Shown: positions 27,300 to 40,410, counted from the stretch's first letter. The stretch: DNA of 64,000 nucleotides from Botryllus schlosseri (GCA_051294905.1 CM119371.1:21516001-21580000); one strand, 5' to 3'. The notes: a model not told the origin generated them from the sequence alone. Program-made: numbers and translations.

Positions 27300-27954
27300 A
27301 GTTCATACAGTATGGATCGCGCCCTAAACATGGGTCGCGATTTCTTGAAGTAAGTGGTCGTGTCTTGAGAATATACGCGCCTTCGATTTGACATGAACAA
27401 GTGCCGAAAATCCATTTTCACTAATATGTATATAGATGTGGCGAATATCATAATAACACGGAAGGCTTCCGACGACACATTTCGGTATGATCGCAACAAA
27501 TATGGCAGCGACATTGACAAACAAAGTTCTTTATTGAACATATAACGTCAAGCCTGGTCATTTCTATCTAGAAGCATATGTTTAAGTTATTACGGAAAAA
27601 TGGTTATGCATCACAGGAGAAAATGGATTTTTTTAAACATTTCGAAGTCACCGTGATTGACCTTACTCATCCAACTTTATCTTTCCCACAATCCCCAACA
27701 AAACATCTCTAAACACCAAAATGTTAGTATCAGTGGGCTATGGGCAATTTAGCAATGAAAATGAGTCGGCACGGTAGGATATTTCATCGCAGACGGTCAT
27801 TCTCTTGATGTGAGCTCTATAGTTTTACTAGTAACGAAGCGAAACTGCCTCATTATTTTCCGAATTCAAAAAAATACAAATTAGGTTATCAAATATTTTG
27901 AGGCTTCGCGGACCCCCTGAAAATGCTTCACGGACTCCCGGTTGAGAATGGCTG
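27300..27954 (-). mobile_element. Partial inverted relative of the 6712-8152 element
   Basis: Reverse-complement matches to ~7750-7920 and to the 6712 terminus (..CCGGTTGAGAATGGCTG). Confidence 0.75.
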
Positions 27955-28303
27955 ATATAGAACATTTGAAATACATATAATATTTGATGAAGTTCTTGCA
28001 ATAATAAAATTTCGTCGCGCCTAGCGCAATTTTTGTCGTTATCCCATGCAGGCTATCCTAGTAGCCTATCCTAGGTCACTGTGCTTGGTTCTATAGACAA
28101 TAACCGAAACACACGCAAAAGTAGCTACTACAATATGACGAGTTTCTCGGGAAATCTCTTATTTTCGCGGGTTCTACTCGGCCGGGGCAGGGAGAAGCAA
28201 AAGTCGGCGGTAACTGCCAAACCCCATTTTTGTGCAAATCATAATTTACATATATGAATATGTCTGTATTTGTAGTTGTGATATAATTTCAAGTAAAAAA
28301 GTG

Positions 28304-29266
28304 TAGGGGAGATGTGGTACCGACGGATCACTGGGACCGAAAATACTTTGAAAATTCTCCATGATAATTCCATGATTACACTTCGTGAACTTGTCTACAA
28401 TTGCATGCTGTCAAAATCTTTCCTCACATACAAAAAAATTCGACGTGCGCGAGCTATGGGGTCTCTCACAGATGTTTTTTGTTTTGGGGGGTGTAAACTA
28501 AATTTAGATCGACATATAGATTTTCCTTTGTAACCTTCAACACGAACAAACCAGCAATTATTTTTATTGTGAAGTGTAGGGCTTGTATCAGGCTGTATAA
28601 TGGCACCTATTATTTTTTCAGTACCCTCCTTGAGTGGAATTTTTTTCGATTCATGTATAAAATTCGTAGGGTGGGGACCGATGATACAGTAGCCAAATCA
28701 AGCAAAATAATCAAGCGTACTAATCATGAAACAAATGAAACATGCCTACGTACAGAAAATCTTTATCTAATAATTGCCTATGATGCTTTATCGCTATAAC
28801 GAGGTATTTGGAAGTCACACTGTCGATTTTCGGGCAATATGCATGTACCCTCAAATTTATAAGTTCCAGCCAAAATCGAAACGTGATTTTATGACAACAT
28901 TTGAGTTAATATTTATTCTATTTTGTAACGGTTGCGACCAAACATTCTTCTTTGGCTTGCTGTAGCTTAGATTATAATACTGAGCAATAAAAGATGTCAC
29001 ATTTGAGTTTTTAGGGTACATGTGTCATAGGTCCCCGGGTCGTGTGCCATTGGACCCACCGGGTAGGGACCGATGATACGTTCGAGCAACAAATTTTGAA
29101 CGTCCATAAATATTTTTGAAAAGACGGATATTCATGTATATGAGCGCGATAGGTAGAGCTTGTATCAAAGTGCTGAGCCAGCAAAAGATCTGCTGTTTTC
29201 GACTGAACATTTTGGGGCCAGCAATCATTTTCCAATTTTTGATCCATCGGTACCACATCTCCCCTA
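28304..29266. mobile_element. TA-flanked MITE (Tc1/mariner-pogo-like)
   Basis: Inverted ends TAGGGGAGATGTGGTACCGACGGATCA / TGATCCATCGGTACCACATCTCCCCTA. Confidence 0.85.
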
Positions 29267-29453
29267 TTCCTAGTATCGCCCAATGTTGCATAACTACAAC
29301 ACGATCTACATCGACGCGAGCTGAGCTCCCCTCATAGCGCCACATGCATGCTTTCGCCCCCCCCCCCTGAAATCAAAATCGTCTTCTTGGCGTGCTGGAG
29401 ACAAGGTTCAGAACCACTGCATCAGATGATTGACGCTAATTATTCTGCGTGAT

Positions 29454-29971
29454 CCCTTTATTGTACTTGAGTCCGATTGTGAACGAAAAGCGGTCAGATT
29501 TGATTCTTTCCTGTCCGTCCTGATCTTCCCAATTTCGGCTCTTCATGGTTGTTATGTGTTCTGTTCGAATTCCGTGGGGCGTGACACTATAGATTTTTTG
29601 GCCTATTTTTTCGGCTTCCAGGACCAGGAGCTATTTGAAATTCCCATCTTCGTGAACAGTACCCAGGTAGCTCCCGAATGACACCGTATTTATCACTCGT
29701 CAAGCCATTTTAAATATTGACGTAAATTGCCTTTGGTTAGATAGAATGAATGACTTGGTTAGATAGACTGAATGACTTGACTCAATATCAGCCATTTGGT
29801 TGTTTCCACGCAACTGTACATAACTGTGATCTAATAGCGGTAACGTCACGCCCCCGCTGAATTGAACGCGAGTGCATACTGCATAGCAACGAAAATGAGC
29901 CGAAATTGGGAATTCCCAATCTCAAGTCTGATCCCCTTTCGTTCAAAATCGGACCCATGTAGAATAAAGTG
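29454..29971. mobile_element. Unclassified MITE with ~80-90-bp imperfect TIRs
   Basis: CCCTTTATTGTAC..TTCCCAATTTCGGCTC versus GAGCCGAAATTGGGAA..GTAGAATAAAGTG. Confidence 0.7.
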
Positions 29972-31689
29972 CTCATGGCTATGGTCTATTATCATCAATC
30001 AGCTAATGGGTGCTAACGATTGATACTGAGGAACATAGAGTAGGATTACATGACTGACCAAAAAATTCCTAATATTCATTAAAAAAAATTTCCAAAGGTT
30101 GATAGGATGGCGTCCCTATTTATGCCAATTAGAGAGACGGCAGGTTGACGAACCCTTTCACATGAATTAAACTGAACAAATCTAGTAGATTTGTTTAGAT
30201 TACTCGTCAACAATGGTATCAGGCTTAAATTTTATCTCAATAATGTGTTGATTAGTAGTGCACTCATCATATCATTTTGTTTCAACTTTGTGAGGTTGCG
30301 TATTCAATATCGTCAATTTTGCGTCATAACTCTAGATCCGAGGTGCGTAAAGTATGGGTCGCTAAGGCTATAAAATTTCTTCGTGACCAAACCAGAGAGA
30401 TATTTCAGTTTGTATGTACTAATTGTTGAATTACTTGCAAAACACCGTCATTGCACAGCACCCGACATACTATTATCGTTAGTTTTTGCGTTTTCAATGT
30501 GGTCCAGAAAACTGGCCACAACAATACAACAATAGGCTACGTGAAAGAACGGTACATTCTAGTATCGTCTATCGTCGCACGTGAACGTTTATATTTTGTT
30601 GTATGGGGTGTATTAGGCCAGTGGTTCTTGACCTTGCCTCCTGCGCCACCCAAGGGGCGCTGGCGATTTTGAAGGAGCCGAAAACGGTCAGAGGCGATTT
30701 GGAGGGGTGCTGGGCTCAGGGGGCGACATGGGGGGGGGATGAAAAAAAAATGGCTTCGCAGTAGATAATGTAGTAGTAGGATATATCATTAAGGAGTATT
30801 CAGAGCAAATTAACACTCCACAAAACATGTCAAATCTCGAAATTTATGGTCGCACTACGCGGCGACGTTTGCTACATATGTTTTCATAAATGTATTGGGT
30901 TATTATTTTTCATTTAAAATGAATTGCGCGTACTTTTAGATAGCCAATTTCCCGTTAAAATTCTACCGCCGAGCTTGCTAGGGGTATTCTCAACAAAATG
31001 TTTCGAACTAGGTATTATATTCTGCAGCGCATAGCGTGTGGAAATCGAAGAAGCAGGCTTCGCATATCACTTTTAAGAGTGATAGCCCCTTGTACATAGA
31101 ATAGGCTTTGTGCACGAAAGGAATAACTAAATATACTTGTATTTGAGAGCTACAAAATTACATCGTCATATTATTTCTTCATCATATCATTATGGATGAT
31201 ACTAAATCTAGTGTTGTGGTCCACAACCTCACATGAACGTTATATAATATGAGTTGCTTTGTTTGGAATACATTCATGTTTAATAAATGGGTTCAGTGCT
31301 AAATTCAATGTGAGCAGATATATGCATCCCATTTCCAGTTGACTTACTTAGTCACACAAAGCACTAAAACAAAATCCAATACTAATAATTTCCCCGTATT
31401 GCCAATCGCAGATGAGAATTCGGGATGTGTCCATCTGGTTCAAACTAAATGGTATGATACCGTGCCCGATTGTTGTTAAAAATCTTGATTTGTCCCTGAA
31501 TATACCAAATACAACTATTATATGGTTTAATATAGTCGATTGGTACTCGAGCGCAATTAAATCGCGAAATATTTCCAATACCAAAGTACCGAAAATACCC
31601 AAAGGACTTGGACCTCTTACCTTTTGAGTGATTTTTATTCAAGTATGTACATAAAATATCAATAATTTCATAAAGAAAATCTTTCGCTT

Positions 31690-33100
31690 TCATCGGGTCA
31701 TCTCATCTCAGCCGTCGCCGAATTTGGATTTGTAGTCGAGGTCGTAGCCGCTCGGTTCATCTCATCTCGCTGTAGTCGATGTAAATTTGTAGTCGTGGTC
31801 GTAGTAGGAGCCGCCGGTATCTGGCGCTCGTTTGCGTTTGTGGATTGGGTTGGGTGATGGGTATTCGGTGCGGAGTGGTGGTGGGGTTTGGGAGGTGGAG
31901 GGGGGGGTTAGATGGGCTGGGGAAGGGTTTAGGGGGTGGGGTAGAGTGGGATTGGATGGGAGGTTAGAGTGGTTGGGATATGTTGTGGGTGGATTGGTCG
32001 GGTTTTGTGGGTCTATAAATACGATACAATTTATCTCGTTTTATCGGTGCGTTCATTGGGCTCACTTAAATTTTTCGGGATATTTTACTTCTTATATCAT
32101 TGATGCGTTGGTCAATATTTTGGGCGTATTCATTTTGGATGTCGAGTGCATTTTTCCATTCCCACACAAGGGTTTTCACGTTCATAAAGGCTTTTATTAT
32201 GATCGGAGCTTGCGGTCCGTCGTATACGTTGCGCATTATCTCGTCGGGTGTAGCGTCGATAGTCGTTTGCAGGTCGTTCTCGAGATCCTGTATTACAAGA
32301 GAGAACAGTTTTTTGTAAGTTGCACATTCGGCGAAGGTATGGCGCATAGTATCTTCTGCATGTAGGCAGAATTTGCATTTGTTTTTCAAGTAGGCGTCTT
32401 TTCTTCGTATCCATCCCGCGTTGGTTTTTCTGGAGCCTGTAAAGTAGCTCTCAGTGTTGATGCGATACGAGATCTCGCGTTGCTTGTTGTCAATGTGATC
32501 TTTGATATTGGGTTGGTATAGCCATATCTGTTTCCTGTCCGACATTCGGTTTCCTGCTTGTTGTGTCTTCTTTTTAACAAGGATCTGGTACATTTCTTTC
32601 TGGCTTAGTTCTTGTACCTCTTGTGATTGGCTTTTGATTACGTCAAAAATTTCCTTTTCCTTCCTCCATTCCCTCGTCAAGGTATTTCTGTGAGGGTAGA
32701 GGTTGTTGTATAAATTGCAATTTATATCTCTCACCTTCGTTGTCAAATTGTATATTGCTTCAGCGTGCCAGATATCAATCGGGCTCTCAAGTCGGCTTAG
32801 TTGTTGTAGCCTTTTTGCTCTCTTTGCATGTGTGGCGGATTCAATATCTGGCATGTCGATCCCTCCTTCTGGCTTGGGTTTGATCAGTTTCATTCTGCCT
32901 TTTTGCTCGAGTTTTCCAGGGCTCCACAGTAGGCCGAAGACAAGGCGTTCAAATTGCTTGAGCTTGTCGTCTGGAATCTGCTTGTTAGCATATGTATACG
33001 TTATTTTGCTAATTATGTATGCCCTAATGGCCGTTATTTTACCAATCCAGGAAAGCCGTTTTGATTTAATATGCCTGGACCGAAACTGCTGCAACCAAAA
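31690..33100 (-). mobile_element. 5'-truncated Tx1/L1-clade non-LTR retrotransposon
   Basis: ORF2 C-terminus followed by a ~370-bp 3' UTR with a C-rich tract and short tandem repeats. Boundaries approximate; no TSD resolved. Confidence 0.85.
32066..33100 (-). CDS. ORF2 C-terminal region (post-RT and zf-RVT) of the Tx1/L1-like LINE
   Basis: Motifs RLSWIGKITAIRAYIISKITY, KPKPEGGIDMPDI and CKFCLHAEDTMRHTFAEC. Uninterrupted for more than 340 codons. Confidence 0.88.
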   Translation of the reverse strand, partial: FWLQQFRSRHIKSKRLSWIGKITAIRAYIISKITYTYANKQIPDDKLKQFERLVFGLLWSPGKLEQKGRMKLIKPKPEGGIDMPDIESATHAKRAKRLQQLSRLESPIDIWHAEAIYNLTTKVRDINCNLYNNLYPHRNTLTREWRKEKEIFDVIKSQSQEVQELSQKEMYQILVKKKTQQAGNRMSDRKQIWLYQPNIKDHIDNKQREISYRINTESYFTGSRKTNAGWIRRKDAYLKNKCKFCLHAEDTMRHTFAECATYKKLFSLVIQDLENDLQTTIDATPDEIMRNVYDGPQAPIIIKAFMNVKTLVWEWKNALDIQNEYAQNIDQRINDIRSKISRKI

Positions 33101-34410
33101 CCCAAAATCGAGGGGGAGTGAACTCGAATGGTCCCTTAAATTATTTAGGTGACTGCACATAAATTAAACATCATGCTTTGACCACTTCCCCACGAAAAAA
33201 TACGCATAATTATAGATCACAGAATTAGGTATTTCGGCGTCGGCCATTATACCACGCCACGATGCACGAAGACACATGAGGTTCCGACCAATATTGGGCC
33301 CCGAGAAGTGAGAAAAAAAGATCGTTAGCCAGAAAACCTTATAGCCGAATAAGATTGCCCTTATTTTGACCGAAAACTTCGATAGATATATATATAAGTC
33401 TAATTGTCCTTAGGTGCCTAAATCGGCTGTGCCGAATTATCATATCGTCGCAATCTGCACCCCACAGGACAAATAACATCCATAAGAAAAAAATTATTGG
33501 CCAGTGAAGATATACCAATTTTGAACCGTGTGCAGCTTACTGTAGTTTAATACGATTATGTGTCTCAATATCTTTTGACTATATAGCGGACTAGAGGTAA
33601 CAAAATAAAAACATTTAACGAAGTAATTTGTACCAACGGGCACGCCCGAATACGTCGCGCTACTGGTAAATCTGATTGCGTGGGCCGAGAGGATAAATAA
33701 TCTATAGCGACATATATATGCAATTACGCTTATCGATTCATGCATTATAGAAAAATTTGGCACCTGGGGCGACCAAGCCACACAAACTTTTCTGACTAAC
33801 GAAATCACGCCACGGGGTCTTTGGGGGTGAAGCCCTAAGAAATTTTGTTTACCACGCTATGAGCGCCCAAGACAATATTTTTTTAGGGGGACTGACGAAG
33901 TGCTGTTACGGCCCTCCCCATTACCCATTGTCTTTATGACAGTCCTCACAATATGAGGCGTTTTCGCTAGAGCACGGTAATTTTTGAAAGGGGGCGCAGG
34001 AGGAAAAAATGTTAAAAACCACTTTATTAAATGATTAGATGGCCTATCTTTGATGCTTGATTTGGCTATGGTACCATAGATCACACCCTATAAATGTTTT
34101 CGGTCAGCACAAGGGCAGTCCTTTTCGTCCAAGGTTTTCTCGCTGCTGGTCGTTTTGGCACACTTCTCGGAGTCGCATCTTACATGGCATATAACTTCAT
34201 ATGTCTTGGTGCGTATATTTCCGAAAAAAAACTCTATGATTTATGTTAATTCACGAAATAATTTTGGGCCCCCTTTTCGAGCTCGATCCCCCCACCAATT
34301 AGGGGGGTTTGGGTTGCGAGAGATATGGTCCTGGCTGCGACACTCAACACGCCGTTTTGCTCTCCAAAACAGTATTTACAATATCGATAAACCGTGAATA
34401 ATAATCTAAC

Positions 34411-34745
34411 AATTCAGCTAGATTACGATTTATAAGGAGTCCGTCTTAGATCGAATTCAAGGTCGTTTTCGAATGCTCGTTTCTGCCTGTGACAAACGTG
34501 TAAGGCGGAAATATTTCGATTAATTTTATTACTTCGTTCGTAATTTTATTTCTTGGTTAAAATTACCTTAAAAGTTGCATTGCCTGATTAAACACTAAAT
34601 CTGGTAAAACAACAGATCATGTTTTGTTCTTGAGCATTTTGTAATCTCTCCTTGAGTAACGCTTCCGAAAATGATAACCTTCCGCATGCAATAGTGTCAT
34701 TTCATTGGTTGTCGTAATCTCAAACCACAAACGGGCCGCAGAAAA
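34411..34745. repeat. Dispersed repeat, paralogue at 61188-61481
   Basis: AATTCAGCTA..ATAAGGAGTCCGTCTT..TGCCTGTGACAAACGT..CAAACCAC..CGGGCCGCAGAA shared. Probably a degenerate hAT subterminal region. Confidence 0.8.
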
Positions 34746-35845
34746 TATCCTCGCGAGTCAGTGACTCTTTTTCAAGATAATATCAGGGCTACATCAGGCA
34801 GTATAACGATGCCTATCATTATATAACGCACCACTTTAGTAACTACATGCTACAAATCAGTGCTGGTATCCACCGATCGTGCGCAGCGAATATCCCGGTA
34901 TTTATCGCTTCGAACGGTACATAATCGCAAGACCGTCACGCAAGTATCCAATATATTCACTAATTCGGCTACACTGATATCAACGATATCAAGATATCCA
35001 ATTAGTCCCACATTCCTTTATAAGTATCCAAACTCCAATACGTCGACCCATTCCCATCGAGAAATATGCGTTGTAACCACACAAAAACTCAAATATTCAG
35101 CGTCTCAATTCGAAATGGGGTTGGTAGTCGCGCCTTGTAACAATGTTTACTGGCTACGCAAAGCGGAGTGGAACGAATCTAATGGGATGTTGAATATGAT
35201 TGTGCGTAGTGGAAATAGTATTTTTCAATGCACATGGATATTTCGGTATGCGTATGCAGTATGCTATAATACAGGTATATTATCAAATATTGAAAGTATT
35301 ACCGCCAATAATACCATAAATATCCATTTTTTACATGATGACTACTGCAAAGTCACGCCAACAAAATATGTCGTGGATGAACATTAATTGGGAATTTAAG
35401 TTCAGTCGTCACTCCATCCTACAATCTCTATAGTCGCACGTAACTGGTTGTCTGCAACTTCTTCATTTCACACATGACCTAAAACGTAGCATAACATTGA
35501 AAATGCACCCGTTTTAATGTACGATACTTTGGTTGCAAGATGCCACCAAACCTATGATTATGGTGGACTGTCTAAAAATTTTAAGAACTATATTGTTACA
35601 TAGTATGAGGCTATATGCATAGTTATATGCGAGTTTAGCAGTTCTACGCATGCGTGGGCGATAAAACGCCATTGCGCATGCATATATAGAGACTCAATTA
35701 GACTTCAATCTGTCAGCAAAATTCAAATACTGTGAATCATACCTCGTACTTCCAAAATTCAACTCCACTTTCCTTGTCACTCGTCTCGTGACTTGAGCTG
35801 ACGTGGCCCGCGTCAAAATGTAAAATGACCCGAGATGTCTTATGA

Positions 35846-36193
35846 TAGGCTTACCATACGTCCTCTTTTAAGAGGATTTGTCCTCTTTTTTGACTTTTTT
35901 GAAAGTGTCCTCGGAGGACGCCCTTTTGTCCTCTTTTTTGAGATTTTGTCCTCTTTTTAGGTCAGATTTAAAGCAAAAAAAAATTTTTTCTTCTTTTTTT
36001 TAGTCATCCACCTGGCAATGTGAGAGAAAAACGGTATTTTGAGCTCTGAGCGGAAAAAAAGACTTTTTTTTTAGTCAACCGATCGCAAAGTGGGAGAAAT
36101 TGACCGGTATTTGAGAATTCTACTCCGGTTTTGCAAGTTGCAAATTTCTGAAAAAGTGTCCTCTTTTTAGATTTCCAAAATATGGTAAGCCTA
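35846..36193. mobile_element. hAT Blackjack-like MITE
   Basis: TIR TAGGCTTACCATA / TATGGTAAGCCTA. Perfect TSD TCTTATGA. TGTCCTCTTTT repeats. Confidence 0.95.
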
Positions 36194-36259
36194 TCTTATG
36201 AGTCGAAGGCAGTGACTTGCTCCCGATACTACTAGGTATCCGACTAAAATCACTCAAGT

Positions 36260-36396
36260 CAGCGGTGTCTTACAAAAAGCCTAGAGGTGGGCCGTGCTAT
36301 AAGTCGGCAGTTACGGAAAAATAAGAAGAATATCGGCCTGGTGTTAAAATGACCATAGCAGTCGACAAACACCATGAATACCCAAAACAAACAAAC
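36260..36396 (+). mobile_element. 3' half of the tRNA-SINE family
   Basis: AAAAAGCCTAG..GGGCCGTGCTATAAG..CCTGGTGTT hairpin and (CAAA)n tail shared with the 5536 and 40841 copies. Confidence 0.8.
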
Positions 36397-37481
36397 TCAA
36401 GTTATTGTCCGATTCGGATAATACTCATCCGATCGGGTTGCCCAATCATATTGCATCACCCTCCCACTGTTTACAGTTATTGCTGTACATCGATCGGTGT
36501 AAGGCAGAGGTGTCAAACATGCGCCACATCCGGCCGACCAGACGGTTTCATCCGGCGAGAAGAATAGTAATCAAATATTCACGTCTCATGATTAACTAAT
36601 CGACTATGCTTCAATGATCATGACAGCCACAGCTTCGAGCTTCCTGATTAGGTTTCCAAGAAGTCAGCTACCGGCGGGGATTCTGAAAGCGCTTTGTTGG
36701 TAGGTTGGCAGATGAGGATTTAAGATTAATTCTAGACATCTGGAGGTGCGATATACGTGATGAACAAACTGAAGCTGCGTAACAAAATATTTTACAGCAT
36801 GACTGCTTTATTGTGAAGGAAACGGCTATAGCCCAGCAAACACAGTACAGACCAAAGATGTAGAAAAGCCGAGCCGATATAGTAGATATTAGATCTCGGC
36901 AGGTCGTAGAAAGGGGGATTTTGTGTCGACTCAATTCAACGTCTTTTCCATGTCCTTCAATAATGTAAATATTATGCAGATGCTACAGCCTTTAAACATG
37001 GTGAGTAGAATGTAGATCCTACGTTAGAAGAAGAAGATCCTGATATAATAACCTGTTTTCTACCACTATGGGCTTAACCTGATCACGGCTGCGTACACAC
37101 ACCACATTATTTACTACATATTAATCACATTTGTGATAATTTAATTTCAAACGAATTGGCAATAATGCCGTTGTAAAAAATAAAACGAACAAACGAACGA
37201 ATGTCTTTAGAAAGAAAGTGAAAACAGTCCTTATCATCAGGTTTCATCTTCTGATGAGCCAGTTAAATAACCAGCATGCGGCCTTTTCTTTTCAACACCC
37301 TGCAGAAATAAAATGAAAATGATGATTAATAGCTAAGACATTCGTACTGCGAAAATGGCAGAGGTAGAGACTAACGAATGACTCCTACATTTTTTTCGCC
37401 CATACTTACTAAAATGGATTCGATTCTGAACTATTTCCACTTAAGTTTTCAAGTTTTATTATTATATTTTTCAATATTATA

Positions 37482-37799
37482 TGACTAGAGAACTGACTTC
37501 AATCGTCACTTCTACTTGATTATCAAGATCAACGATGACTACTTCAGCACTCTTTGAAAACAGCCACTAACACAAAAAGAATTCTTGACTAGAGAACTGA
37601 CTTCAATCGCCACTTCTACTTGTGTATCAAGATCAACGATGACTACTTCAGGAATCTTTGAAAACAGCCACTAACACAAAAAGAATTCTTGACTAGAGAA
37701 CTGACTTCAATCGCCACTTCTACTTGATTATCAAGATCAACGATGACTACTTCAGCAATCTTTAAAAACAGCCACTAACACAAAAAGAATTCTTGACTA
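37482..37799. repeat. Tandem repeat, 3 x 104 bp
   Basis: TGACTAGAGAACTGACTTCAATCG.. starts at 37482, 37586 and 37690; units near-identical. Confidence 0.95.
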
Positions 37800-39017
37800 A
37801 AATTTCTTCACATTCTGTCCAAAATGATCAATTCAACAATCCAAATGAATCAGTTATTTGGCAGCTAGTTGGAGAGATATATACTCAAGTCTAGAAAGTG
37901 GAATGATACTCTGTCTGGAAAGCTGAAGACCTAACAATATTGTGTACAGAGAACAAAACATTTGAGTGGCTGGCTGGCTGCACTGGTATAGACATTAACA
38001 AATTATTAGAATTGACAGCAAGATAACCAGCAAGACATTAAAATGAGAATTAGTGCAGTTTCTTAGGCTGTAGTGATACACAGCCAGGAAAGTAATTGAC
38101 CTAGCAGAGAGCAAAACGTTGTAAATAAAGCGAGCGAAACCTCCGACAAATGATACGATAAAACATTAGAATCGACAGTCTTACTAGAAGCAGAATAACA
38201 ATCATAAGGGGTTAGAGAACAGAAGCCCGGGAAGTGACCATCAGAAATTACTGCATACTGGCCGAACAAATCCATGACCACTAACAAATGGTCTTTCAAT
38301 AGTCAATTTTGATACCAAATGACACCACCCCTATTTCACAGCAACATTTAGCAAATACAGCGCTGGAGTCAACCTTATATAAGCGCTAACCAAACTCCCA
38401 TTAGTTTTCCCACCTACTACTTCGCGGATGGAAATACGCATTAAAGCGAACGGACGCGACTTGTCACACTCTTGCTATTTCTGCTCGTTTTTTCTCTTCG
38501 TTCCTCTTCTCTGTCGCTTCCGCTTGAGGAGAGAAACAGTCGGCCGCGTTTACGGATCGTGAATTCCCGGTGGGTGATTCTTCCTCGAATGGTCAGCACC
38601 TTGAAAATTGAGAACAATGTTGTTGCAAAATGCATGACAATTTGAAAGTTACATCATTCTAATTATTCCAGTTATGGCCGTGAATCGTTACAAGTGCGGT
38701 AACCATAAGAATTATTACTATACTTCAACTACAAATACAATATGTTGTATAAAATGATTACCAATTCTTTTACGTTGATCGAGTCCCAAATAGATGAAAT
38801 ATGTCAAAGAGTTTGCTAAATTTTTGTATAATTTGACAGATTCCGAAATCTTCTCAAAGTGCACCTTTCAAAAATTTGATATCAAGACTCCCAACATTTT
38901 ACAATTCGAAGTTGGATGGCTTCACCAATACAAGCAAACAGTTTGTATCGCAATTGACAATTATGTAGAGAACGCTGCGAGACATATGAGTAGGCCTACC
39001 CTAAAACGTTTCTCTGA

Positions 39018-40410
39018 CATGGACATTAGGACTCTTAAAATATGACTTTTTTTCTCAAATCGTTCTGGCTACTTGATAAAATTGTTAGGTTACCTAATTT
39101 AAGCCTAAACACAAAATTTGGTTCAATTCCAGCCAGTAACCGCTTTGCTACAGGAGAAGAAAGTTTCTATTTATTATATAAAAATAAATAGGTAATAAAA
39201 ATTTGAAAATTTTCTGTTCACCCCATGAAAGTGTTAGGCTGTCTATAGAAACGATGCTCACCAAATTTGGTTCAATTCCAACCAGTGGAAGCGGAGATAT
39301 TGCCGTCGAAAAATTTGGATTTGAATAAAATAGTATTTACGGCAGGGCTGGCCAACCTTTTCAGCCAACGGGCCACATTCGATTGACGAATTATTGCGCG
39401 GGCCACAAGCCGCGCAAGGCGCGAAAATTTCTTGAAATTCATAGGTCAATAATATTGTCACTTGACTATATTGCGGGCTTGTTGTATTTCGCTGAGCTAA
39501 GTTTGCGAGGACTGGGCTATTCGGCACATGGAGATATCGATATCGAAAGATGCGAGCAGCATGCGTCAATCATTTCGTGCCTAGGTTTCATAGTCGACGG
39601 TCTTACTGCGAGCGCAAACTCAATGTCGCATATGTTGAACGACAATTTGTCTCGTAATCGTGAATATAGTTTGACTTAATCTGATACAGTAGGAGTTCTT
39701 CCATTTTCACAAAAGGGCAACAATATTAAAAACAAGAAATCGAGTGACAACATGTTGCGCCAAGCTTGTAGAAAATTTTTACCTTTGATAAAACTATCGC
39801 TAATTATTCTGCTTTATTGTAGTGTACGAAGATATACCAATATGTGAATGGCTGATCGATCTGTCAATGCGCCGGAACTGATATTTTAGTCATCACATCT
39901 CAAATGTTGCGGCCAGACCAATCAAATTTTTGGTTGGCCTTGCATGTTCAATTGCAATCAATTTTTGATGATATTAGAAATTTCGGAAATTGCCTCGCGG
40001 GCCACTCAAAACCTTCTCCCGGGCCACGGGTTGGCCGGCCCTGATTTACGGTGACCGATTCTTTGTTTACTTATTAAAGTTGTGCTCACCGTAAGTACTA
40101 TTTTATTAAAATCCAAATTTTTCGACAGCAATAACTCCGCTTCCACTGGTTGGAATTGAACCAAATTTGGTGAGCATCGTTTCTATAGACAGCTTAACAC
40201 TTTCATGGGGTTAACAGAAAATCTTCAAATTTTTTATTATTCATTTTTATATAATAAATAGGAACTTTCTTCTCTTGTAGCAAAGCGGATACTGGCTGGA
40301 ATTGAACCAAATTTTGTTTGTAGGCTTAAATTAGGTAACCTAACAATTTTATCAAGTAGCCAGTACGATTTGAGAAAAAAAGTCATTTTTGAAGAGCCCT
40401 ACTGTTCATG
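39018..40410. mobile_element. Foldback-type element with ~325-bp inverted arms
   Basis: 39018-39342 is close to the reverse complement of ~40089-40410. Partial family copies at ~46140-46262 and ~50010-50235. Confidence 0.9.
39343..40043. mobile_element. hAT (Charlie-type) MITE nested in the foldback element
   Basis: CAGGGCTGGCCAACC / GGTTGGCCGGCCCTG. Perfect TSD ATTTACGG. Confidence 0.95.

Larger units (their letters stand above)
30619..34024 (-). mobile_element. Inverted hAT family A element expanded by insertions, including the Tx1 LINE
   Basis: Left end CAGTGGTTCTTGACCTTGCCTCC matches the reverse complement of the 25248/52230 ends. The right end matches the reverse complement of 24236. 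Internal match 31160-31240 to 51570-51640. Confidence 0.65.

Noticed and set aside
31660..31710. Hammerhead-like CCGATGA..GAAA on the minus strand at the LINE 3' end
   Set aside because: The core deviates from CUGANGA, there is no G-C closing pair for stem II, and stems I and III are unconvincing.
31832..33152. Plus-strand ORFs of 177 aa and 149 aa
   Set aside because: Antisense shadows of the Tx1 ORF2 and its G-rich UTR tract.
34860..35387. 175-aa ORF as a host gene
   Set aside because: GTG start, no recognisable motif and no convincing splice signals.
37482..37799. CRISPR-like array (also considered for 19600-20560)
   Set aside because: Whole units repeat with no unique spacers, there are no cas genes, and the context is eukaryotic.
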